NCBI GenBank assembly: GCA_963827755.1 | Contig: CAWHCQ010000013.1 | Location: forward strand, 64,001 to 128,000 | Direction of reading: 5' to 3' | DNA length: 64,000 bases | Source: an uncultured Gammaproteobacteria bacterium | Lineage (GTDB): Bacteria; Pseudomonadota; Gammaproteobacteria; UBA9214 | Shown here: positions 10,020 to 21,282 of the stretch, in pieces | How positions within the stretch are numbered: the first letter of the stretch is position 1 | Layout: each line of letters begins with the position of its first letter | Translations under genes and position numbers: made by a program | Notes under the pieces: model-generated | What the model was told of the DNA's origin: nothing | Seen by the model: only the letters and a program-made list of their open reading frames with translations | The model's database searches: none

Positions 10020-10031
10020 CCGGAGACGTCG

Positions 10032-11354
10032 ATGATTACTCAAAAGGAGTTCACCCGGCGGCGCAAGCAGTTGATGCGCATGATGGGAAAAGGCGCGATT
10101 GCCATCATTCCGACGGCTGCGGAGTCCCTGCGTAACCGCGACGTCGAGTTTCCTTTTCGGGCGGACAGCGATTTTTACTATTTGACCGGTTTCCGCGAGC
10201 CGGATGCGGTTGCCGTGCTCGCACCGGGCCGGCAGCACGGTGAGTACCTGCTGTTCTGTCGCGAGCGCGACCCGGCCATGGAAACCTGGACCGGTCGCCG
10301 GGCAGGAACACAGGGCGCGGTTGAAACCTTTTCAGCCGATGATGCATTTCCAGTCAGTGATATCGGCGACATTCTTCCCGGTCTGCTGGAAGGCTGTGAG
10401 CGGGTCTATTACACCATGGGTGCCCGCCCCGATTTTGACAGGCACGTGCTTGACTGGGTCAGCAAGCTGCGCGAAGGCACGCGCGCCGGCTCGCAGACGC
10501 CGGACAGGATCGTTTTCCTCGAGCATCTGTTGCACGACATGCGGCTATACAAGAGCCGCTCGGAAATCAGGGTGATGCGCACGGCAGCCAGAGTCGCCTG
10601 TCGCGGCCACCGGCGCGCCATGCAGGTTTGCAGGCCGGAAATGAGCGAGTACGAGATCGAGGCAGAACTGCTGCACGAATTCCGCAGCAATGACATGGTG
10701 CCGGCCTACCCGAGTATTGTCGGCAGCGGCGAGAACGGTTGCATTCTGCACTACACACAAAACAGCGGCCGACTGCACGATGGTGACCTGCTGTTGATCG
10801 ATGCCGGTGCGGAATATGACTGTTACGCCTCCGACGTGACGCGCACCTTCCCGGTGAACGGCCGCTTCAGTTCCGACCAGAAGGCGCTTTACGAAGTGGT
10901 GCTGGAGGCGCAAACGGCAGCCATCAACCAGGTCAGGCCGGGGAGCCACTGGAATGAGCCGCATGCCGCGGCCGTAAAAGTGCTGACGCGCGGGCTGATC
11001 AGGCTGGGGATACTCAAGGGTAAACCGGCCGAGCTCATCAGGAAGGAGGCCTACCGGCGTTTTTATATGCATCGAACCGGTCACTGGCTGGGCATGGATG
11101 TTCACGATGTCGGTGACTACAAGGTCGGCGGTGAATGGCGCGAGCTGGAGCCGGGTATGGTGTTGACCGTCGAGCCGGGTGTTTACATCGCGCCGGGCAG
11201 CCATGGTGTGGCGAAAAAGTGGTGGGGCATCGGCATTCGAATCGAGGACGATGTGCTGGTCACCCGGGGTGAACCGGATGTCCTGACAGATGCCGCACCG
11301 CGGACGATTGCCGACATCGAGTCTGTCATGGCTGCAGGCAGCGCGGCCGGCTGA
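10032..11354 (+). CDS. pepP: Xaa-Pro aminopeptidase P
   Basis: DFYYLTGF, DAGAE...DVTRTFP, HWLGMDVHDVG, TVEPG, RIEDD. Confidence 0.96.
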   Translation: MITQKEFTRRRKQLMRMMGKGAIAIIPTAAESLRNRDVEFPFRADSDFYYLTGFREPDAVAVLAPGRQHGEYLLFCRERDPAMETWTGRRAGTQGAVETFSADDAFPVSDIGDILPGLLEGCERVYYTMGARPDFDRHVLDWVSKLREGTRAGSQTPDRIVFLEHLLHDMRLYKSRSEIRVMRTAARVACRGHRRAMQVCRPEMSEYEIEAELLHEFRSNDMVPAYPSIVGSGENGCILHYTQNSGRLHDGDLLLIDAGAEYDCYASDVTRTFPVNGRFSSDQKALYEVVLEAQTAAINQVRPGSHWNEPHAAAVKVLTRGLIRLGILKGKPAELIRKEAYRRFYMHRTGHWLGMDVHDVGDYKVGGEWRELEPGMVLTVEPGVYIAPGSHGVAKKWWGIGIRIEDDVLVTRGEPDVLTDAAPRTIADIESVMAAGSAAG

Positions 11355-12601
11355 TGGCCGTCAGCGAACAGGGTGGCGCGTCGGTGGCCCGCTTTGACGT
11401 CATTATCATCGGCGGGGGCATGGTCGGTGCCAGCCTTGCCTGTGCACTGAGCGGGTCGGGTCTGCGCATTGCGGTCGTCGAGGCTGTCCCCCCCGGGGTG
11501 CGCGATGAACCCGGTTATGATGAGCGCGCCATTGCACTGGCATACGGCACGAAACGTATCTTCAGTGGCTTGCAGCTCTGGAATGAACTGGCCGTTGCGG
11601 CGACCCCGATCCACCGCATACACGTGTCTGACCGGGGGCATTTTGGCATGACCCGAATGGACCGTTCCGAAGAAGGGCTGCCGGCCCTGGGGTATGTGGT
11701 CCCGGCCCGCGTGATCGGGCAGGTGCTTAACGATGCCGTTTCCCGCCGCGAAGGCATTGAATATTACTGTCCGGCGAAGACCTCGGCGATCAGGCGGACA
11801 GCTGACGAGGTGCAGGTGGATATACTCCGCAATGATGTGCCCGAGACACTCGGCGCACGCCTGCTGGTGGCGGCCGACGGGGTGAACTCGGCCATCCGCG
11901 AACGGTTTGGCATCGACTGCATGGAAAGTGACTACCGGCAGACGGCGATTGTCACCAATATCACGCCCCAGCTGGCGCACCGTAATATTGCCTATGAGCG
12001 TTTTACCGATAGCGGGCCGCTGGCCTTGCTGCCCATGACGGAACAACGTTGTGCCGTCGTCTGGACGGTGGCGAGCGAACAGGCGGATGCAATCATGGCG
12101 CTTGACGATGCCGCCTTCCTTGCCCGCTTGCAGGAACGTTTTGGCTACCGGCTCGGTGTTCTGCAGCGGCCCGGCCGGCGCCAGGCCTGGCCATTGAAAC
12201 TGCTGCAGGCGACGGAATCAGTGGACGAACGACTGGCGCTGGTCGGCAATGCCGCGCATACCCTGCACCCGATTGCGGGGCAGGGCTTTAACCTGGGTGC
12301 GCGTGATGTCGCCGCCCTGGCCGAGGTGCTGGTGGACGCGGTGCGTAAGGGCGAGGACCCCGGTGCGCGGCAGGTGCTGGATCGCTACGCGGACTGGCGC
12401 CATGCCGACCACCGCAGTGTCAGCGTATTTACCGACGGGCTTGCGCGCCTGTTTACCCTGCCGATGCCGGCACTGGGCATGGCACGCAGCGCCGGCCTGC
12501 TTGCGCTTGACCTGCTGCCGCCGGCAAAGCGCCTGTTGACCCGCATGACCATGGGACGTGGCGGCAAGACACCGCGACTGGCGCGTGGCTTGCCCCTGTA
12601 G
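11354..12601 (+). CDS. ubiH: 2-octaprenyl-6-methoxyphenol hydroxylase
   Basis: GGGMVG FAD motif, DERAIALAYG, GNAAHTLHPIAGQGFNLG; follows pepP. Confidence 0.92.
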   Translation: MAVSEQGGASVARFDVIIIGGGMVGASLACALSGSGLRIAVVEAVPPGVRDEPGYDERAIALAYGTKRIFSGLQLWNELAVAATPIHRIHVSDRGHFGMTRMDRSEEGLPALGYVVPARVIGQVLNDAVSRREGIEYYCPAKTSAIRRTADEVQVDILRNDVPETLGARLLVAADGVNSAIRERFGIDCMESDYRQTAIVTNITPQLAHRNIAYERFTDSGPLALLPMTEQRCAVVWTVASEQADAIMALDDAAFLARLQERFGYRLGVLQRPGRRQAWPLKLLQATESVDERLALVGNAAHTLHPIAGQGFNLGARDVAALAEVLVDAVRKGEDPGARQVLDRYADWRHADHRSVSVFTDGLARLFTLPMPALGMARSAGLLALDLLPPAKRLLTRMTMGRGGKTPRLARGLPL

Positions 12602-12887
12602 GAACGCTTCTCAAGCGCGATGGGGTTTGCACGCCGTATCATCGCGGATGGATCCGCTCCTACAGGTGTTGATAGAATTGTAGGAGCGCTTCTCAAGCGC
12701 GATGGGCTCGCACCGCCATACAGGTGTGATGTGAATTGTAGGAGCGCTTCTCAAGCGCGATGGGGGTTTGCACGCCGTTCATCGCGGATTAGATCCGCTC
12801 CTACAGGTGTTGATGTGAATTGTAGGAGCGCTTCTCAAGCGCGATCGGGGCTCGCACGCCGTGTGATCGTGGATGCGATCCGCTTAC
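12597..12887. repeat. BIME-like cluster of GTAG-type REPs
   Basis: Four forward tgtagga[g/a]cgcttctcaagcgcgat units (12597, 12679, 12737, 12821) interleaved with inverted atcgcggat..gatccgctcctaca units (12641, 12781, degenerate ~12866). Confidence 0.88.
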
Positions 12888-12925
12888 GGGAGATATTATT
12901 ATGTGGCAGGGTGTAAACAGTATTC

Positions 12926-14164
12926 ATGAGCCAGTTTGAGATCATCATTATCGGTGGCGGGATTGTCGGTGCAGCGACGGCCTGCGCGCTTGCGCTTGAA
13001 GGCGCCAATGTCGCGCTGGTCGAGGCGCAGGCGCCGCCCGCACCGCCCGCACCCGGGCCGCAGGCACGTGACCCGCGGATGTACGCCATTACCCGTGCCT
13101 CGGAGCGTATCTTCCGGTCGCTCGGTGTATGGGATGCGATTCTTGCGGACGATGCCTGTGCCTTTACTGACATGGAAGTCTGGGATGCCGGGGGGTCGGC
13201 CAGGCTTCACTTTGATTGCGCTGAACTGGGCGAGCCGTGCCTGGGCTACATTATCGAGCCGCGCAGTATTCATGCCGCACTGCTGTCCAGGCTGGATGCA
13301 CTTCAATCCATCACCCTGTTCTGCCCGAACCGCTTCGAGGCAGTCAGCATCACCGACAGCGCGGCGGAAGTGCAGCTCGATGGTGGCCGGCGGCTGACGG
13401 CCGCGCTGGTGATCGCGGCCGACGGGGTGCATTCACCGCTGCGGCAGGCCATGGGGATTGAAACCCGGCGTCATGATTACCGGCAGAGCAGCCTGGTTGC
13501 GCTGGTAAAACCCGCCGACCCGCACCTTGCGACGGCCTGGCAGCGCTTTCTGCCGGGCGGGCCGCTGGCCTTTTTGCCGCTCAGCGATGGCTGGTGCTCG
13601 ATTGTCTGGACCATGCCGTCGGCGGAGATCGACCGCGTACTCGCCCTGGACAAGCCGGCGTTCCATGCAGAACTGACCGCGGCGTTCGCCGCACGACTCG
13701 GCGAGGTTGTCGACTCGCAAGCGCGCCAGGCCTACCCGCTGAACCGGGTGCATGCCGATCACTATGTGGATGCGCGGCTCGCCCTCGTCGGCGATGCCGC
13801 CCACGCCATCCATCCACTGGCCGGACAGGGCGTCAACCTCGGGCTGCTGGATGCGGCAGCCCTCGCAGAGGTGGTCGGCACGGCCACCAGGGCCGGCAAG
13901 GATCCGGGTGGCATGGCGGTGTTGCGCCGCTACGAACGCTGGCGTCGCAGTGATGTTATGTTGATGATGGCGGCGATGGATGGGCTGAACCGCGTGTTCA
14001 GCAATGCAGATCCCACGCTCGGCTGGATACGCAATCTCGGCCTGTCGCTGGTCGGCCATATTGCTCCGGGCCGCCACCTGTTGATGCGGCATGCGATGGG
14101 CCTCGGTGGTGATTTGCCGGCGCGGGCGCGCCAGGACCCGGCCGGGGATTCTGTCCCCGCCTGA
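12926..14164 (+). CDS. ubiI: UbiH/UbiF/VisC-family flavin monooxygenase, probably UbiI
   Basis: GGGIVG, WQRFLPGGPLAFLPL, GDAAHAIHPLAGQGVNLG; ubiI assigned by synteny ubiH-ubiI-gcvT. Confidence 0.75.
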   Translation: MSQFEIIIIGGGIVGAATACALALEGANVALVEAQAPPAPPAPGPQARDPRMYAITRASERIFRSLGVWDAILADDACAFTDMEVWDAGGSARLHFDCAELGEPCLGYIIEPRSIHAALLSRLDALQSITLFCPNRFEAVSITDSAAEVQLDGGRRLTAALVIAADGVHSPLRQAMGIETRRHDYRQSSLVALVKPADPHLATAWQRFLPGGPLAFLPLSDGWCSIVWTMPSAEIDRVLALDKPAFHAELTAAFAARLGEVVDSQARQAYPLNRVHADHYVDARLALVGDAAHAIHPLAGQGVNLGLLDAAALAEVVGTATRAGKDPGGMAVLRRYERWRRSDVMLMMAAMDGLNRVFSNADPTLGWIRNLGLSLVGHIAPGRHLLMRHAMGLGGDLPARARQDPAGDSVPA

Positions 14165-14372
14165 TTTGTATGGACATTCTGGCTGTATAACAAGTTGTTA
14201 TTGCATTCCTGGCCCGTTCTGCCCGGGTCACCGCCTGTCTATATAGGTGACTGTCAGCCGGCCCGCCGGGGACAGGTCTGGCCATCACCGGGTGGGCTGG
14301 CCGCCGCATAACCCACCTGAAATATGGAACTCGTCCGCTGGCAGGGGTATATTTGCACCTCAACCTATCCTG

Positions 14373-14552
14373 CTACGGGAGAGGGTCCGGGCCGGATGGT
14401 CAGGACCGCCGAAGGCGCAACACGCTCGGAAACGCTCAGGCAAAAGGACTGTAGCAGTAGTTGACTCTGGAGAGAGGCCGCAACGCGGTCCACCGAAGGG
14501 GACAGGCCGCCGCATACGCAGGCTGACTCTCTCAGGTTACAGGACAGAGGGG
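14373..14552 (+). promoter_or_regulatory. Tandem glycine riboswitch
   Basis: Two aptamers: gggagag...cgccgaaggcgcaa...ctcaggcaaaaggac and ctggagaga...caccgaagggg...ctctcagg...ggacagag, upstream of gcvT. Confidence 0.93.
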
Positions 14553-14588
14553 CGACGGCATGCGCAGGCAACCGTCGCCCTTTTTTAT
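14550..14588 (+). terminator. Riboswitch expression-platform terminator
   Basis: gggcgacgg...ccgtcgccc-tttttt overlapping the end of aptamer 2. Confidence 0.8.
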
Positions 14589-14709
14589 TGCCTGCGGGTA
14601 CAGTTTGAATACGCGATTGGCGCTGCTGCAGAATGCCTCCGTATTTGCAGGGTGCGTAAAACGCACCCTGCGATAACGTTTGAGAAAAACGACAGAGACG
14701 TTGACGATT

Positions 14710-15801
14710 ATGACCAACAGAACACCACTTTTTGATGAGCATGTCGCCGCCGGCGGCAAGATGGTCGATTTTGCCGGCTGGGAAATGCCGATCAACTACG
14801 GCTCGCAGATCGAGGAGCATAACCAGGTACGCACCGATGCCGGCATGTTCGATGTGTCGCACATGGTGGTTGTCGACCTGAAAGGCAAGCGCACCCGTGA
14901 ATTCCTGCGCCACCTGCTGGCCAATAACGTCGATCGCCTGAAAGACAGCGGCAAGGCGCTCTACAGCTGCATGCTGAATGAGGCCGGCGGTGTCATCGAT
15001 GACCTGATCGTCTACTACATCGAGGATGATTTTTTTCGCATGGTGGTCAATGCGGGGACCCGTGACAAGGACCTTGCCTGGCTGGAAAAACAGGCTGCAG
15101 CCTTTTCCGTGAGCGTGCGCGAGCGAGCGGAACTTGCCATGATCGCGGTGCAGGGCCCCAATGCGCGAGACAAGACACTGCCCCTGCTGGCTGATTCCGT
15201 GCGCGTGGCCGCGAGTGAACTGAAGCCGTTTTTCGGTGTGTTTGACGGGGAATGGTTTATCGCCCGTACCGGTTACACCGGTGAAGAAGGATTTGAAATC
15301 ATATTGCCTGCCAGTGAGGCCGTCGGTTTCTGGCAGCGCCTGCGTGAGGCCGGCGTCAAGCCTGTCGGCCTGGGTGCACGGGATACCCTGCGGCTCGAAG
15401 CCGGTATGAATCTGTACGGCTCGGACATGGACGAGACAATATCACCGCTGGAAGCGGCGCTTGGCTGGACCGTTGCCTGGGAACCGGCAGAGCGTGATTT
15501 CATCGGCCGTGCCGCACTCGAGAAGCAGCGCGAGGAAGGTACAAAATTCAAACTGGTTGGCCTGTTGCTCGAAGGCAAGGGTGTCTTGCGCAACCACCAG
15601 AAGGTGATTAGCGGGAAAGGCGCCGAGGGTGAGATCACCAGCGGCAGTTTTTCACCGACCCTGCAGCGTGCGATTGCCTTTGCCCGCGTGCCGAAGGAAA
15701 CCGGCGAGACTTGCAGTGTGGAAATCCGCGGCAAGCTGATGACGGCGCGGGTCGTCAAGCCGCCGTTCGTGCGCAACGGCAAGGCACAGGTCGAGCTTTG
15801 A
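14710..15801 (+). CDS. gcvT: Glycine cleavage aminomethyltransferase T
   Basis: [39 protein letters not shown]. Confidence 0.97.
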   Translation: MTNRTPLFDEHVAAGGKMVDFAGWEMPINYGSQIEEHNQVRTDAGMFDVSHMVVVDLKGKRTREFLRHLLANNVDRLKDSGKALYSCMLNEAGGVIDDLIVYYIEDDFFRMVVNAGTRDKDLAWLEKQAAAFSVSVRERAELAMIAVQGPNARDKTLPLLADSVRVAASELKPFFGVFDGEWFIARTGYTGEEGFEIILPASEAVGFWQRLREAGVKPVGLGARDTLRLEAGMNLYGSDMDETISPLEAALGWTVAWEPAERDFIGRAALEKQREEGTKFKLVGLLLEGKGVLRNHQKVISGKGAEGEITSGSFSPTLQRAIAFARVPKETGETCSVEIRGKLMTARVVKPPFVRNGKAQVEL

Positions 15802-15851
15802 GATAGCCGGGCACCTTTTAATTCTGTAACAATCGAACAAGTGAGGAAATC

Positions 15852-16247
15852 ATGAGCAATGTTCCTGTTGATCTGAAATATGCAAAAACCCACGAGTGGG
15901 CACGAATCAATGACGATGGCTCCGTTACCGTGGGCATATCCGACAGCGCCCAGGACCAGCTGGGAGACATGGTGTTTATCGAGGTGCCGGAGGTCGGCCA
16001 GACGCTTGTGGCTGAAGAGGCCTGTGCGGTCGTCGAATCCGTCAAGGCGGCTTCCGATGTCTATGCGCCGGTGGGCGGTAAAGTCGTGGAAGTCAACGAA
16101 AGCCTTGCTGACACACCTGAAACGGTCAACCAGGATGCCTACGGGGAAGGCTGGATCTTTCGCCTCGAGGCAGCTGACGAGACCGGGATGGCGGCCCTGA
16201 TGGATGCCGATCAATACCAGGCGTTTCTTGAATCCGAAGGACATTGA
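15852..16247 (+). CDS. gcvH: Glycine cleavage H protein
   Basis: [13 protein letters not shown] lipoyl-lysine motif. Confidence 0.97.
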   Translation: MSNVPVDLKYAKTHEWARINDDGSVTVGISDSAQDQLGDMVFIEVPEVGQTLVAEEACAVVESVKAASDVYAPVGGKVVEVNESLADTPETVNQDAYGEGWIFRLEAADETGMAALMDADQYQAFLESEGH

Positions 16248-16291
16248 TTCCGGAATTACACACACAAACCTGATCAGATAAACCAGAGACC

Positions 16292-17692
16292 ATGCCGTTT
16301 ATACCCCATACAGAAAGTGATGTTCGTGACATGCTGGACGCGATCGGCGTGCAGGGTGTTGAAGACCTGTTCGATGAAATTCCGGCCAGCCTGCGCATAG
16401 GGAAGTTGACCGGCGTGCCGGAGGGCCTGAACGAGCAGGGGATTACACGCCTGATGATGGAGCGTGCCGAGGCCGATGGCCGGCCGTTGTGTTTTATGGG
16501 TGCGGGTGCCTATGAGCATCACATACCGGCTGCCGTCTGGGAGTTGACGACGCGTGGCGAATACTACACGGCCTACACGCCTTACCAGGCAGAGGCCAGC
16601 CAGGGCACGCTGCAGCTGCTCTATGAATTCCAGACCATGATGGCGGGCCTGACCGGGCTGGATGTCTCCAATGCCTCGCTCTATGACGGGGCCTCCGGCC
16701 TGGCCGAGGCCGTGCTGATGGCCGTGCGTGGCAACCGCACGTCAAAGTCACACCGTATCCTGATGCCGACCACGGTGCACCCCGAGTACCGCAAGACCAC
16801 GCGTACCATCGTCAAGAACCAGGGCATCGAACTGGTCGAGGTGCCGTACAGCCCCGAGGGTGGCCACATCGTTCCGGAATCCCTGTCGCAGTTCGAGGGT
16901 GAGGATATTGCCGCGCTGGTCATTCAGCAGCCGAATTTCTTCGGCGTCCTCGAGGAAGTCGACGCCCTGACCGAATGGGCGCACAAACAGGGTGCGCTGG
17001 TGATCGCCGTCACCAACCCGATGTCGCTGGCCCTGTTGACGCCGCCGGGCGAGTGGGGCGACAGCGGTGCCGATATTGCGTGCGGGGAAGGCCAGCCGCT
17101 GGGCGTGCCGATGATGGCCGGTGGCCCGTATTTCGGTTTCATCTGCTGCAAGCAGGCGCTGGTGCGCCAGTTGCCCGGGCGTATCTGCGGCCGCACCATC
17201 GATCGTGACGACCGGGTTGGTTACACGCTCACGCTGCAGGCACGGGAGCAGCATATCCGCCGTTCCAAGGCGACCTCGAATATCTGTACCAACCAGGGCC
17301 TGCTGGTGACAGCCGCCACCATATACATGTCGCTGCTGGGTGCAGATGGCCTGAAGCGGGTGGCGCAGGCCTGTCATGCCAATACCCGCAAGCTGGTGGC
17401 GGCGCTCACGGCGAATGACTGCGTTGAACCGCTGTTCAACCGGCCGTACTTCCACGAGGCAGCGCTGCGCTTTTCACTGCCGCTGGAAAACATCATGCGG
17501 CCGCTGCACGCGCATAACCTGCTGCCGGGATACGTGCTCTCGAACGACTATCCGGAACTGGGTGATGTGCTGCTGGTATGTGCCACCGAAACCCGGGAGG
17601 ATGCCGATATCGAAACCTATGCGAGTCACCTGAACAGGATCATCGCATCGCAAACCGCGGCGGGTTGCCCGGTAAAACCGAAAATGGCGTAA
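16292..17692 (+). CDS. gcvPA: Glycine dehydrogenase subunit 1
   Basis: [36 protein letters not shown]. Confidence 0.96.
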   Translation: MPFIPHTESDVRDMLDAIGVQGVEDLFDEIPASLRIGKLTGVPEGLNEQGITRLMMERAEADGRPLCFMGAGAYEHHIPAAVWELTTRGEYYTAYTPYQAEASQGTLQLLYEFQTMMAGLTGLDVSNASLYDGASGLAEAVLMAVRGNRTSKSHRILMPTTVHPEYRKTTRTIVKNQGIELVEVPYSPEGGHIVPESLSQFEGEDIAALVIQQPNFFGVLEEVDALTEWAHKQGALVIAVTNPMSLALLTPPGEWGDSGADIACGEGQPLGVPMMAGGPYFGFICCKQALVRQLPGRICGRTIDRDDRVGYTLTLQAREQHIRRSKATSNICTNQGLLVTAATIYMSLLGADGLKRVAQACHANTRKLVAALTANDCVEPLFNRPYFHEAALRFSLPLENIMRPLHAHNLLPGYVLSNDYPELGDVLLVCATETREDADIETYASHLNRIIASQTAAGCPVKPKMA

Positions 17693-17739
17693 CCGCCATC
17701 TCAACAGACCGTTAAAGAACGCAACAGGGGGAAGACAAC

Positions 17740-18237
17740 ATGGCAACAGTAACCTTGCACGGAAATGCATGCAGTACCAACGGCGAGTTACCTGCCGTCG
17801 GCAGTAAGGCGCCGGATTTTCACCTTGTCGATGGCAAGCTGAATGACGTACATCTTGCCGATTACAGCGGCAAGAAGAAAATACTCAATATCGTACCAAG
17901 CCTCGACACGCCGACCTGTGCGACCTCGACGAAGAAGTTCAACGAGCGCGCCGCCGGCCATGATGATGCCGTGGTGCTGGTGGTTTCCGCGGACCTGCCG
18001 TTTGCACAGGGCCGCTTTTGCGGCGCCGAAGGCCTGAAGAACGTGATCCCGCTGTCGCTGATGCGTACCCGCGGATTTGCAAAAGACTATGGCGTGCTGA
18101 TCACCGATGGCCCGCTGGCTGGTATTACCGCCAGGGCCGTTGTCGTCATCGATGAAAACGACAAGGTGGTGTACACGCAGCTGGTGAAAGAAATCGGCGA
18201 CGAGCCGGACTACGATGCGGCGCTGGCTGCCCTGTAA
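17740..18237 (+). CDS. tpx: Thiol peroxidase
   Basis: [28 protein letters not shown]. Confidence 0.95.
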   Translation: MATVTLHGNACSTNGELPAVGSKAPDFHLVDGKLNDVHLADYSGKKKILNIVPSLDTPTCATSTKKFNERAAGHDDAVVLVVSADLPFAQGRFCGAEGLKNVIPLSLMRTRGFAKDYGVLITDGPLAGITARAVVVIDENDKVVYTQLVKEIGDEPDYDAALAAL

Positions 18238-18447
18238 TGCTTGAGAGGAATTGCAGCTCATGCCGTTGCTGATTTTGTCCACGCTCCCCGACCAGGCCCT
18301 CCCGGCCCGGGCGTCCTGCGTCGCTCTACCGCCTGCATCCCTGCAGGCGTCCCCGTGGGAGAGGGAGTATATGGCGCAATAATGACTTGAGCGCCTGATT
18401 TATTTTTGCAGACTGGATATTTACCAGGATTAACCCGGATAAAAGAC

Positions 18448-19902
18448 ATGCTGATATTTGAACAATCCCGCGAGGGACGTACTGCGCCGGCACAGGCGCC
18501 GCTGACGTACGAAGATACGCCTGATATCCCGGCAAAGTTATTGCGCAAGCAGCCGCCGCTGCTGCCGGCCGTCTCGGAAATGCAGGCCGTGCGCCATTTC
18601 ACCCGGCTGTCGCAGAAGAATTTTGCCATCGATACGAATTTTTATCCGCTCGGTTCCTGCACCATGAAATACAACCCGCGCGCCTGCAACAAGCTGGCCA
18701 TGTTGCCGGGGTTTCTTGCGCGTCATCCGCTGGCGCCGGTATCCATGGGGCAGGGCTTTCTTGCCTGCATGTATGAATTGCAGGAGATGCTCAAGGATGT
18801 CACCGGCATGCCGGCCGTGTCACTGACGCCGGCCGCCGGTGCGCAGGGCGAGTTTACCGGGGTCGCGATGATTCGCGCCTACCATGACGCGAGGGGCGAC
18901 ATGGAACGCAATGAAATCCTGGTGCCGGATGCCGCGCATGGCACCAACCCGGCAACCGCGACCATGTGTGGTTACAAGGTGCATGAAATCCCGACGGACA
19001 AACAGGGCGATGTTGACCTCGATGAATTGAAAAAGGCGGTCGGTCCGAAGACGGCCGGTATCATGCTGACGAACCCCTCGACGCTGGGCGTGTTTGAGCG
19101 GCGTATCGAGGAAATTGCCGCCATCATTCACAAGGCCGGCGGACTGCTCTACTACGATGGCGCCAACCTGAATGCCATTCTTGGCAAGGTGCGGCCCGGT
19201 GACATGGGCTTCGATGTCATTCACATGAACCTGCACAAGACCTTCTCGACACCGCACGGCGGTGGCGGACCGGGTGCCGGTCCGGTCGGTGTCAGCAAGC
19301 GCCTCGAGCCTTTTCTGCCCCTGCCGATCGTCGGCTTCGACGGCGATGAATATTACTGGATCACCGAAGACGTCCGGCCGCAGAGTATCGGCCGCCTGTC
19401 GACCTTCATGGGTAATGCCGGTGTATTGATGCGTGCCTATGTCTATGCGCGCATGCTCGGGCGCGAGGGCATGCACCGGGTCGCGGACTTTGCCACCCTG
19501 AATGCCAATTACCTGATGGCACGGCTTGTCGATGCCGGTTTTGATGTCGCCTTTCCCGGGCGTCGTGCGACCCATGAATTTATTGTCACCCTGAAGCGTC
19601 AGCAAAAAGAGCTGGGAATAACGGCGATGGACTTTGCCAAGCGGCTGCTGGATTACAATATCCATGCGCCGACGACCTATTTCCCGATGCTGGTGCCTGA
19701 ATGCCTGCTGATCGAGCCGACCGAGACCGAGACAAAGGAAGAGCTGGATGCCTTTGTGGAGGCCATGATAAAAATCAAGGGTGAAGCGGAAACCACCCCG
19801 GAGTTGCTCAAGGAGGCCCCGCATACGCAGCCGGTTCGCCGGCTCGATGAAGTGCGTGCCGCGAAGCAGCTCGACCTGGTCTGGAATCCGTCGGCGGGAT
19901 GA
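18448..19902 (+). CDS. gcvPB: Glycine dehydrogenase subunit 2
   Basis: [34 protein letters not shown]. Confidence 0.96.
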   Translation: MLIFEQSREGRTAPAQAPLTYEDTPDIPAKLLRKQPPLLPAVSEMQAVRHFTRLSQKNFAIDTNFYPLGSCTMKYNPRACNKLAMLPGFLARHPLAPVSMGQGFLACMYELQEMLKDVTGMPAVSLTPAAGAQGEFTGVAMIRAYHDARGDMERNEILVPDAAHGTNPATATMCGYKVHEIPTDKQGDVDLDELKKAVGPKTAGIMLTNPSTLGVFERRIEEIAAIIHKAGGLLYYDGANLNAILGKVRPGDMGFDVIHMNLHKTFSTPHGGGGPGAGPVGVSKRLEPFLPLPIVGFDGDEYYWITEDVRPQSIGRLSTFMGNAGVLMRAYVYARMLGREGMHRVADFATLNANYLMARLVDAGFDVAFPGRRATHEFIVTLKRQQKELGITAMDFAKRLLDYNIHAPTTYFPMLVPECLLIEPTETETKEELDAFVEAMIKIKGEAETTPELLKEAPHTQPVRRLDEVRAAKQLDLVWNPSAG

Positions 19903-19926
19903 TGTCCCCGCCGACCCCGGGTAAGA

Positions 19927-20298
19927 ATGGCAACTGATCCCGATAACCGGGGTATTCGCCGGCTGATCAGGGCCGGCGGCTTTTCCTGCAAGGGGCTGGC
20001 CGCCGCGTTTCGTCATGAAACGGCCTTCAGGCAGGAAGTTGCCCTGACCGTCTTGTTGATCCCGCTGGCCCTGTTGCTGGGTGACGGCGGCGTGGAACGG
20101 GCGTTATTGATCATGTCGTGGCTGCTGGTGTTGATGTTCGAGCTGGTGAATTCCGGTGTCGAGGCCGTGGTGGATCGTATCGGCACGGAGCAGCATGAAC
20201 TCTCGGGGCGGGCCAAGGATGTTGGTTCCGCCGCGGTACTGGTTGCGCTGGTGAATGCGGCCGTGGTCTGGTTGCTGGTACTGACAAATTTCTTCTAA
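19927..20298 (+). CDS. dgkA: Diacylglycerol kinase
   Basis: ETAFRQE, ELVNSGVEAVVDRIG, AKDVGSAAV. Confidence 0.95.
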   Translation: MATDPDNRGIRRLIRAGGFSCKGLAAAFRHETAFRQEVALTVLLIPLALLLGDGGVERALLIMSWLLVLMFELVNSGVEAVVDRIGTEQHELSGRAKDVGSAAVLVALVNAAVVWLLVLTNFF

Positions 20299-20322
20299 GG
20301 AAACCCTAAGGGAAAATCGATT

Positions 20323-21258
20323 ATGTCTGCATTGATCTGCGGTTCGTTTGCCTTTGACACGATCATGGTGTTCAAGGACCGGTTCAAGAATCATATCCTG
20401 CCCGACAAGGTGCATATGCTGAATGTCTCCTTCTATGTCCCCGAGATGCGTCGCGAGTTCGGTGGCTGTGCCGGGAATATTGCCTATAACCTCATGCTGC
20501 TGGGTGGCACTCCACTACCGATGGGTACGGTCGGCGATGACTTTGCACCCTATGCCTTGTGGATGGATGGCTGTGGCATCGATCGCAGCCACGTAAAAGT
20601 TGCAAAGGGGAGCTATACGGCGCAGGCCTTTATCACCACCGACATGGACGACAACCAGATCACGGCCTTTCACCCCGGCGCCATGGATGCGGCACATCTG
20701 AACACCATCGATGATGCCGACGGAGTCACCATTGGTATCGTATCTCCGGACGGTCGCCAGGGAATGCTGGACCATGCGACACAGTTCAGTGAGGCCGGTA
20801 TCCCGTTTATTTTCGACCCGGGGCAGGGCCTGCCGATGTACGACGGCGATGAACTGATTGATTTCATCGACAAGTCGACCTGGGTGTGCGTGAATGATTA
20901 CGAGTCCCAGCTGCTGCAGGAACGCACCGGCATGTCACCGCATGAAATCGCTGAACGGGTGGAGGCGCTCATCGTCACGCTTGGCGGGGAAGGCGCGCAC
21001 ATCTATACCGATAACAGTCGCATCGACATCCCGGCCGCGCCTGCCACTCATTTGCACGACCCGACCGGCTGCGGCGATGCCTTCCGCGGCGGCCTGTTAT
21101 ACGGCCTGATGAACCGGCTGGACTGGGAAACCACCGGTCGTATCGCAGCGCTCATGGGTGCCATCAAGATCGAGCATCACGGCACCCAGAATCACAGCTT
21201 TACCCCGGATGAGTTCGCCGAGCGTTACCGGAAATGCTTCGGTTCGGAGATAGCCTAG
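20323..21258 (+). CDS. PfkB-family carbohydrate kinase (adenosine kinase-like)
   Basis: GGCAGNIAY, FDPGQ, DPTGCGDAFRGG. Confidence 0.9.
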   Translation: MSALICGSFAFDTIMVFKDRFKNHILPDKVHMLNVSFYVPEMRREFGGCAGNIAYNLMLLGGTPLPMGTVGDDFAPYALWMDGCGIDRSHVKVAKGSYTAQAFITTDMDDNQITAFHPGAMDAAHLNTIDDADGVTIGIVSPDGRQGMLDHATQFSEAGIPFIFDPGQGLPMYDGDELIDFIDKSTWVCVNDYESQLLQERTGMSPHEIAERVEALIVTLGGEGAHIYTDNSRIDIPAAPATHLHDPTGCGDAFRGGLLYGLMNRLDWETTGRIAALMGAIKIEHHGTQNHSFTPDEFAERYRKCFGSEIA

Positions 21259-21282
21259 GGGGTTTCCGGTTTAATCGGGATG

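Noticed and set aside
12597-12887. Possible CRISPR array
   Set aside because: Repeats alternate in orientation, linkers are similar to each other, and no cas genes are present; fits REP/BIME
14247-14735. 162-aa ORF upstream of gcvT
   Set aside because: Overlaps the glycine riboswitch and its terminator
18820-20016. Long antisense ORFs (also 15273-16265, 32492-33508, 60688-61809)
   Set aside because: Typical high-GC shadow ORFs opposite well-supported genes
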